Position numbers and translations under genes: made by a program. 64,000 nucleotides of DNA from Vicinamibacteria bacterium (lineage in GTDB: Bacteria > Acidobacteriota > Vicinamibacteria > Fen-336). Position 1 is the first letter of the stretch, and every line of letters starts with the position of its first letter. The notes beneath the pieces are model-generated. The model was given only the letters and a program-made list of their open reading frames with translations. It did no database searches and was not told the origin of the DNA. The stretch is from assembly GCA_016934575.1 (NCBI GenBank), contig JAFGSN010000052.1, positions 3,868 to 67,867 on the forward strand, read 5' to 3'. This document shows, piece by piece, positions 58,757 to 64,000 of the stretch.

Positions 58757-59986
58757 GTGTCTGCCCCCGCGCCGGCTCCAGGGCCGCGTGGCCGCCTTCT
58801 GGTTGCTCCGTCCACGCCGGGCCTGCTGCTTCTCCTGGCGACAGCGACCATGGCCGTCGCGCAGGAAAGCCGCCCCGCGCCGTTCTTCGATGCGCGTACA
58901 TATCAGACGGAATACGTAGGGCCCGGACGGGACGCGCCCCAACCGACGGACCTGAACGAAGTGCGGATCGCTTACTTCGGACCCGCCGATGAGGGCCATC
59001 CCGACTGGGGCGAGGCATGGCGCGGCGCGAGTCTCGCGATAGAGAAGGCCAACGCCAACGGCGGCCATCAGGGCAAACCGTTCCGTCTGCTCTCGGCTTG
59101 GTCGGACAATCCTTGGGGTTCAGGTGTCGCCGACCTCGCCAGGCTGGCGTTCAAGGAAGGCGTCTGGGCGATCGTGGGCGGCGTTGACGGCGCCACGACG
59201 CACCTCGCCGAGCAGATCGCCGTCAAGGCCAGGCTACCGCTCGTGAGCCCGGGATGCACGGACCCGAGCGTCAACTTCACCAACGTGGCATGGATGTTCA
59301 CTCTTCTTCCCACTGACGACCGGATCGCGCCCTTGCTCGCGAAATCCATCGTCGAGAGAAACGCGGATAAGTCGTGGGCCGTCGTCACAACGAACAACCG
59401 CGACGTTCGCGCGGCATGGAGCGCTCTCCGCCTCGGGCTTGCGGCGCGTCGCGCGCGGTCGCCGTCGCTCCACTTGACGTTGACGACTTCGACGCCAGAG
59501 TGCGCACGCGCCGCCCGCGAAGTCGCGCGACACAAACCGCGCCTCGTGCTGGTTCTCGCGACCGCCCGCGACGGCGCTCGCATCATCAAAGCGCTTCGAT
59601 CTGCGGGTTGCGACGGAAACGTCATGGGCGGCGCATCGTTCGGACATCGGCCGTTCTCGCTAGAAGCAGGCCCGACGGCCGATGGAGTCGCTTTCCCCTT
59701 GCTCTTCGACCCGGAAAACCCGGATGCGGACGCCTTCATTCGAGCCTACAAGGCCCGTTGGGGCTCGCCGCCGGACTTTCTGGCGGCCAACGCATACGAC
59801 GCGACGGATCTGATCGTTGGCGCCGTGGACCGGGCCGGCCTGAATCGCGTCCTGATACGCGACGCTCTCGCAACGCTCGCGCCCTGGGACGGAGTCGCGG
59901 GCCGAATCGCCTGGGATTCCACCGGACGGAACATGCGTCCAGTCACGATGGGCGTCTGGCATGACGGCCATGTACGCCGGCGATAG
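58757..59986 (+). CDS. Second LivJ/LivK-like (PBP1) binding protein
   Basis: EVRIAYFGP, GASLAIEKANANGG..G.PFRL, VWAIVG, AANAYDA, GVAGRIAWD..G; start uncertain. Confidence 0.82.
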   Translation: MSAPAPAPGPRGRLLVAPSTPGLLLLLATATMAVAQESRPAPFFDARTYQTEYVGPGRDAPQPTDLNEVRIAYFGPADEGHPDWGEAWRGASLAIEKANANGGHQGKPFRLLSAWSDNPWGSGVADLARLAFKEGVWAIVGGVDGATTHLAEQIAVKARLPLVSPGCTDPSVNFTNVAWMFTLLPTDDRIAPLLAKSIVERNADKSWAVVTTNNRDVRAAWSALRLGLAARRARSPSLHLTLTTSTPECARAAREVARHKPRLVLVLATARDGARIIKALRSAGCDGNVMGGASFGHRPFSLEAGPTADGVAFPLLFDPENPDADAFIRAYKARWGSPPDFLAANAYDATDLIVGAVDRAGLNRVLIRDALATLAPWDGVAGRIAWDSTGRNMRPVTMGVWHDGHVRRR

Positions 59987-60111
59987 CCGCGCGTCATTCG
60001 GGAGTCATGTGATAAGCTCTATGAAATCATGGGTATGACTTCGAAGCTGTTCATGCTTGTAATCCGGCGTTTCAACTACGCTCAATCGGCCCTTTTTCCA
60101 AGATTCAAAAC

Positions 60112-60139
60112 TTGACAATTAAGAGCATATGCTCATAAT
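60112..60139 (+). promoter_or_regulatory. Sigma-70 promoter with overlapping palindromic operator
   Basis: TTGACA-N16-CATAAT; 60118-60139 ATTAAGAGCATATGCTCATAAT is a 22-bp palindrome with one mismatched pair. Confidence 0.75.
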
Positions 60140-60154
60140 AGACCGAGGTGTGCA

Positions 60155-60475
60155 ATGCCTCGACTTCCGGACTGCCGGCGTATTTCAGCGGACCCCGTGG
60201 TATCGATCTTCAAGCCCGCCGGCCTTCCGGTGAGAGGGCTCAACCAGATCGAAATGACGCTGGACGAGTTCGAGGCGATCCGACTCGCCGATCTGGAGGG
60301 CTTGTATCAGGAACAGGCCGCGGAAAAGATGCGGATCTCGCGTCCGACGTTTGGTCGCATCATCGAATCCGCGCATCGCAAGGTGGCGAAGGCGCTGGTG
60401 CAAGGACGGGCGCTCGTCATCCGCGGAGGCTTCGCCCACATGGCCGGAGAGCGCTGTCCGCGTTGTCGCACGTGA
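60155..60475 (+). CDS. DUF134 (UPF0251) HTH DNA-binding protein
   Basis: MPR...RRI, FKPAG, LDEFEAIRLADLEGLYQE.AA..M.ISRPTF.RI..SA..KVA.ALV.G. Confidence 0.92.
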   Translation: MPRLPDCRRISADPVVSIFKPAGLPVRGLNQIEMTLDEFEAIRLADLEGLYQEQAAEKMRISRPTFGRIIESAHRKVAKALVQGRALVIRGGFAHMAGERCPRCRT

Positions 60476-60529
60476 ACGCGCCCCGCTGGAAACGTCAATG
60501 CGGTCTTTGGATGCAAACGGAGGATGAAA

Positions 60530-60892
60530 ATGAAAATCGCCTTCACGGCGTCGGGTGAAACGCTGGACGCGCCGCTCGACGACCGTTTCGGCCGCGCCCC
60601 GAAATTCCTGATCGTCGATCCGGAAAGCGGCGCCCTTGAAGTCATCGACAATCTGCAAAACATGAACGCGCCCCAAGGCGCCGGCGTTCAGTCCGCGGAA
60701 ACGGTGGCGCGCTCCGGCGCGAGTTGCATCGTGACGGGCCATTGCGGGCCGAAGGCCTTTCGAGCGCTCTCCGCGGCCGGCATCAAGATCTACAACACGG
60801 ACGCGACCACCGTCGCCGAGGCGCTCGATCGATTCCGCTCGGGCACGCTCGTTCCGGCCGTATCCGCGGACGTTGAAAGCCACTGGATGTGA
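60530..60892 (+). CDS. NifB/NifX family dinitrogenase FeMo-cofactor biosynthesis-like protein
   Basis: MKIAF, DDRFGRAPKF, GAGVQSA, TGHCGPKAF, DVESHW; GGAGG 6 nt upstream. Confidence 0.9.
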   Translation: MKIAFTASGETLDAPLDDRFGRAPKFLIVDPESGALEVIDNLQNMNAPQGAGVQSAETVARSGASCIVTGHCGPKAFRALSAAGIKIYNTDATTVAEALDRFRSGTLVPAVSADVESHWM

Positions 60893-61383
60893 GCGCGACC
60901 GTCATCGCCTATCGACCGATCGGCGTAATCCGTAGCGAACATTTCGTCGTGGACAAGACGCCCATCCAGCCGATCTATGCGCGCGGATGCAAAGGGCAGG
61001 CGGAGGTGTTCCCGGAACACTCGGAGGGATTGAAAGACCTGGACGGCTTCTCTCACCTCTACCTCATTTATCACTTCCACCAAGCCGGGCCGTCGCGACT
61101 GGTCGTCGAGCCGTTTCTCCAGGACGTTGCGCGCGGAGTGTTCGCGACACGCGCTCCTTGTCGTCCCAATCCCATCGGCTTGAGCGTCGTGGAGCTGATC
61201 GGCCGTGACGGCAACGTTCTCCAGCTTGATGGCCTCGATGTTCTGGACGGCACGCCGCTGCTCGACATCAAGCCGTACACGGCCAAGTTCGACCGTATCG
61301 ACGGCACGCGCAACGGCTGGCAGGACTTTTTGGACGATGGAACTGCCGGAAGGCGAGGAAAACGCGGGTACAAGGAACCATGA
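60889..61383 (+). CDS. TrmO/TsaA-like SAM-binding tRNA methyltransferase (N-terminal domain only)
   Basis: PIGVIRS, GL.DLDGFSHL.LIY.FH, GVFATRAP.RPNPIGLS, DGTPLLDIKPY. Confidence 0.88.
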   Translation: MSATVIAYRPIGVIRSEHFVVDKTPIQPIYARGCKGQAEVFPEHSEGLKDLDGFSHLYLIYHFHQAGPSRLVVEPFLQDVARGVFATRAPCRPNPIGLSVVELIGRDGNVLQLDGLDVLDGTPLLDIKPYTAKFDRIDGTRNGWQDFLDDGTAGRRGKRGYKEP

Positions 61384-62258
61384 AGACGTATCTCGACTGC
61401 ATTCCCTGCTTCGTGCGCCAAGCGCTGGAGGCGGTTCGTCCTCTCACAACCGACGTCGCCGTCCACGAGCGAATCGTCCGGGAAGTTCTCCGCTCCGCCG
61501 CGGAAATGGATTTCGCGCAGTCGCCTCCGTCAATGGGACAGTTTATTCATCGACGATTGCGCGAGATTACCGGCGTCGCGGACCCGTATCGCGACAAGAA
61601 GATCAGCTTCAATCGCATGGCTCTGGAAATGCTCGCCGAGAACAAGGCCCGTGTCGAAGCCGCGTCGGATCCCCTGGGAACCGCCGTTCGCCTAGCCGTC
61701 GCCGGGAACGTCATCGATCTGGGCGTCAAGGGCGGCCTGACGGAAAGCGATGCTCGCGAGGCGATTGAAAGAGCGCTTTCGGAGCCCCTCCACGGCGACG
61801 TGAACGAGCTGCGCCGCGCCCTATCCTCGGCCCGGCGCATTCTCTACCTGACCGACAATGCCGGCGAGATCGTTTTCGACCGTTTGCTCATCGAACAGCT
61901 TCCCCTGGATCGCGTGACCGTCGCCGTCCGCGGGCGTCCGATCATCAATGATGCGACTCTGGAAGACGCCGTCGCCGCCGGGCTCGATTCGCTAGTTGAA
62001 GTCATCGACAACGGATCGGACGCTCCGGGCACGATCCTGAGCGATTGCAGCGAAGGCTTCAGGGAACGATTCCGGACGTCCGATCTGATCATCGCCAAGG
62101 GCCAGGGCAATTTCGAAACGCTCTACGACGACGGGAACGACGTCATGTTCTTGTTCAAGGCGAAATGCCCCGTGATCGCCGCTCACATCGATCTGCCCCT
62201 GGGATCGCACGTGATGACAAGGCCGCCGAAAGCGGCGCGGGACGCGCGATGCCTCTGA
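61380..62258 (+). CDS. DUF89/ARMT1-like damage-control phosphatase
   Basis: CIPCF.RQA, DPY...K, AGNVID, YLTDNAGEI.FD, PIINDAT, IIAKGQGNFETL, KAKC. Confidence 0.92.
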   Translation: MKTYLDCIPCFVRQALEAVRPLTTDVAVHERIVREVLRSAAEMDFAQSPPSMGQFIHRRLREITGVADPYRDKKISFNRMALEMLAENKARVEAASDPLGTAVRLAVAGNVIDLGVKGGLTESDAREAIERALSEPLHGDVNELRRALSSARRILYLTDNAGEIVFDRLLIEQLPLDRVTVAVRGRPIINDATLEDAVAAGLDSLVEVIDNGSDAPGTILSDCSEGFRERFRTSDLIIAKGQGNFETLYDDGNDVMFLFKAKCPVIAAHIDLPLGSHVMTRPPKAARDARCL

Positions 62259-63136
62259 ATACCCCGCCCGATCTGCGAGTCGTCGTGGCTTCCGGCAAGG
62301 GCGGAACCGGAAAGACGACGGTCGCGCTGAATCTTGCAAGCGTCGTGGCCGCGCCGGTGCAGCTTCTGGACTGCGACGTGGAGGAGCCGAACGTCCACCT
62401 GTTCCTCGAAGGCTCGACACGAAGCCGGGAGATCGTGTCGATTCCAGTTCCCGAGGCGGACGCGTCTCTCTGCGACGCCTGTGGCGAATGCAGCCGCTTC
62501 TGCCAGTATGGCGCGATCGCCGTTCTCAAGGATCGCCCGCTCGTGTTCGCCGAGCTATGCCACGGATGCGGCGGCTGTGTCAGGGTCTGTCCGAGGAGGG
62601 CGCTCCATGAGGTCGGACGACGGATCGGAACGGTTGAGGTGATCGCCGCGAATCACGTCACGCTCATTCAGGGTCGGCTCGACGTGGGCGTGGCCATGGC
62701 GCCGCCCCTCATCAAGGCCGTCAAGGCGCGCATGCGCGCCGGATCGATCGCGATCCTGGACGCTCCGCCGGGCACATCGTGTCCGGTGATCGCCGCGTTG
62801 CGCGATTCGGACGTCGCCGTGCTCGTTACCGAACCGACGCCTTTCGGCCTTCACGATCTGAAGCTGGCCGTCGAGACGGTTCGCGCGATCGGCGTTCCTC
62901 TGGGAGTGGTCGTCAATCGCGTCGGTATCGGCGACGATCGAGTGCATGCCTATTGCAGCGAACAGAGCCTCCCTGTTCTCGCGGAGATCCCGGACGACCG
63001 GCGCGTCGCCGAGGCCTATTCCAGAGGCGAGATCATTGTGAGCGCGTTGCCGGATTACCGGTCCGTTTTCGAGCGGCTGTGGGATTCCGTCGTGGATCTC
63101 GGCGCGCGGCAAGGAGATCAACATGCCGATGTATGA
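62249..63136 (+). CDS. MinD/ParA-like P-loop ATPase with inserted 2x[4Fe-4S] ferredoxin domain
   Basis: ASGKGGTGKTT, DCDVEEPN, CDACGEC...C, CHGCGGC..VCP, DAPPGTSCP, VTEPTPFGLHDL. Confidence 0.9.
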   Translation: MPLNTPPDLRVVVASGKGGTGKTTVALNLASVVAAPVQLLDCDVEEPNVHLFLEGSTRSREIVSIPVPEADASLCDACGECSRFCQYGAIAVLKDRPLVFAELCHGCGGCVRVCPRRALHEVGRRIGTVEVIAANHVTLIQGRLDVGVAMAPPLIKAVKARMRAGSIAILDAPPGTSCPVIAALRDSDVAVLVTEPTPFGLHDLKLAVETVRAIGVPLGVVVNRVGIGDDRVHAYCSEQSLPVLAEIPDDRRVAEAYSRGEIIVSALPDYRSVFERLWDSVVDLGARQGDQHADV

Positions 63137-63383
63137 GTATGAGTGTCGATCGTGCGGTCATCGCTTCGAAAGCCGCCAATCGATCAAGGATGATCCGTTG
63201 ACGAAATGTCCGAGTTGCCAGGGCAACGTGCAACGATTGGTCACCGGCGGTTCCGGTTTTATCATCAAAGGTGGGACCGGACGAATTGGAGGGCGGGAAA
63301 ACGCGTGTTCCCTGGAGCAAACCGGACGGACGTGCTGCGGGCGAAGCACTCGTTGCGACCAGCCTGCCTGTGAAAGCCAATGA
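63123..63383 (+). CDS. FmdB-family zinc-ribbon protein
   Basis: MPMYEYECRSCG..FE...CPSC...GFIIKG. Confidence 0.88.
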   Translation: MPMYEYECRSCGHRFESRQSIKDDPLTKCPSCQGNVQRLVTGGSGFIIKGGTGRIGGRENACSLEQTGRTCCGRSTRCDQPACESQ

Positions 63384-64000
63384 CGATCTCCGCGAGAAAA
63401 CGACACGTCTACGGTCCGGTTCCCTCGAAACGTCTGGGACGCTCCCTGGGACTGGATCTGGTCCCCTTCAAAACCTGCACTTATGACTGCATCTACTGTC
63501 ATCTGGGTCGGACCACGAACAAAACCATCGAGCGCAGGGAATACGCGCCGATCGATGCAGTCCTGTCGGAGCTCGAAGAAAGACTGCGACAAGGCCCCGC
63601 GCCGGATTATCTGAGCCTGGCGGGTTCGGGCGAACCGACGCTCAATTCGAAGATCGGCGATCTGATCCAGGCGATAAAGAGAACGTCCAGCATCCCCTTG
63701 GCGGTTCTCACGAACGGCTCCCTGCTATGGATGCGCGACGTTCAGGACGCTCTCATGGGCGCGGATCTCGTCATCCCGTCGCTCGACGCCGGTGACGCCA
63801 AGCTGTTCGAGCAGGTCAATCGTCCCCATGAAGGAATCTCCTTTGAAGCCATGGTCGACGGACTCATCCGCTTCAGGGAGCGGTTCGCGAAGTCGATCTG
63901 GCTCGAGGTTCTGTTGCTTTCCGGCTACACGGGGACGATTTCCGAAGCGGAGAAGATCGCCGCCGTCGCCAATAGAATACGACCGGACAGGATCCAACTC
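63380..64000 (+). CDS. Radical SAM protein (runs off the window end)
   Basis: Absent from the ORF track; MTISARKRHVYGPVPSKRLGRSLG.DL.PFKTCTYDCIYC (CxxxCxxC), GSGEPTL, VLTNGSLL, PSLDAG; ATGA coupling with the previous gene. Confidence 0.9.
   Translation, partial: MTISARKRHVYGPVPSKRLGRSLGLDLVPFKTCTYDCIYCHLGRTTNKTIERREYAPIDAVLSELEERLRQGPAPDYLSLAGSGEPTLNSKIGDLIQAIKRTSSIPLAVLTNGSLLWMRDVQDALMGADLVIPSLDAGDAKLFEQVNRPHEGISFEAMVDGLIRFRERFAKSIWLEVLLLSGYTGTISEAEKIAAVANRIRPDRIQL

Noticed and set aside
60530-60892. Nitrogen fixation inferred from the NifB/NifX-like gene
   Set aside because: This small family is widespread outside diazotrophs, and no nifHDK is present in the window.
1-64000. tRNA, rRNA, integrase or transposase genes
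   Set aside because: No recognisable signatures were seen on either strand; a tRNAscan/Infernal run would be needed to exclude small RNAs fully.

Overview
GC-rich diderm bacterial chromosome segment. Gene style (fused TamB-TamA, CRTAC1/FG-GAP proteins, a pilin-like kinase domain) suggests Acidobacteriota, but this is inference only. Layout: fabI; a GH140/DUF4038-like hydrolase; a two-gene nucleotidyltransferase/AbiEi-like module; a pentose catabolic operon (isomerase, araB, Zn-dehydrogenase, araD); a solitary RelE-like/SF1 helicase/ankyrin protein; a Kdo/LPS locus (kdsB, 52-codon in-frame pyrG remnant, kdsA, GT39, kdsD, kdsC, lapB); housekeeping genes (metK, murA, mutY, HIT, ileS-lspA-lgt-rluD, NUDIX); and a TamB-TamA fusion. 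The highlight is at about 45-60 kb: a divergent sigma-54 two-component system and a matching -24/-12 promoter in front of a hydrazine-synthase-like operon. It encodes a Rid/chorismatase-like enzyme, an HzsA-like diheme protein, CRTAC1, a 10-heme c554-like/beta-propeller/CcP fusion resembling HzsBC, a propeller protein and two orphan LivJ-type binding proteins. The window ends in a DUF134-led NifX/TrmO/DUF89/Fe-S ATPase/radical SAM operon with a palindromic operator. No rRNA, tRNA, CRISPR array or transposase was seen. All calls come from motif recognition by eye; no searches were run.
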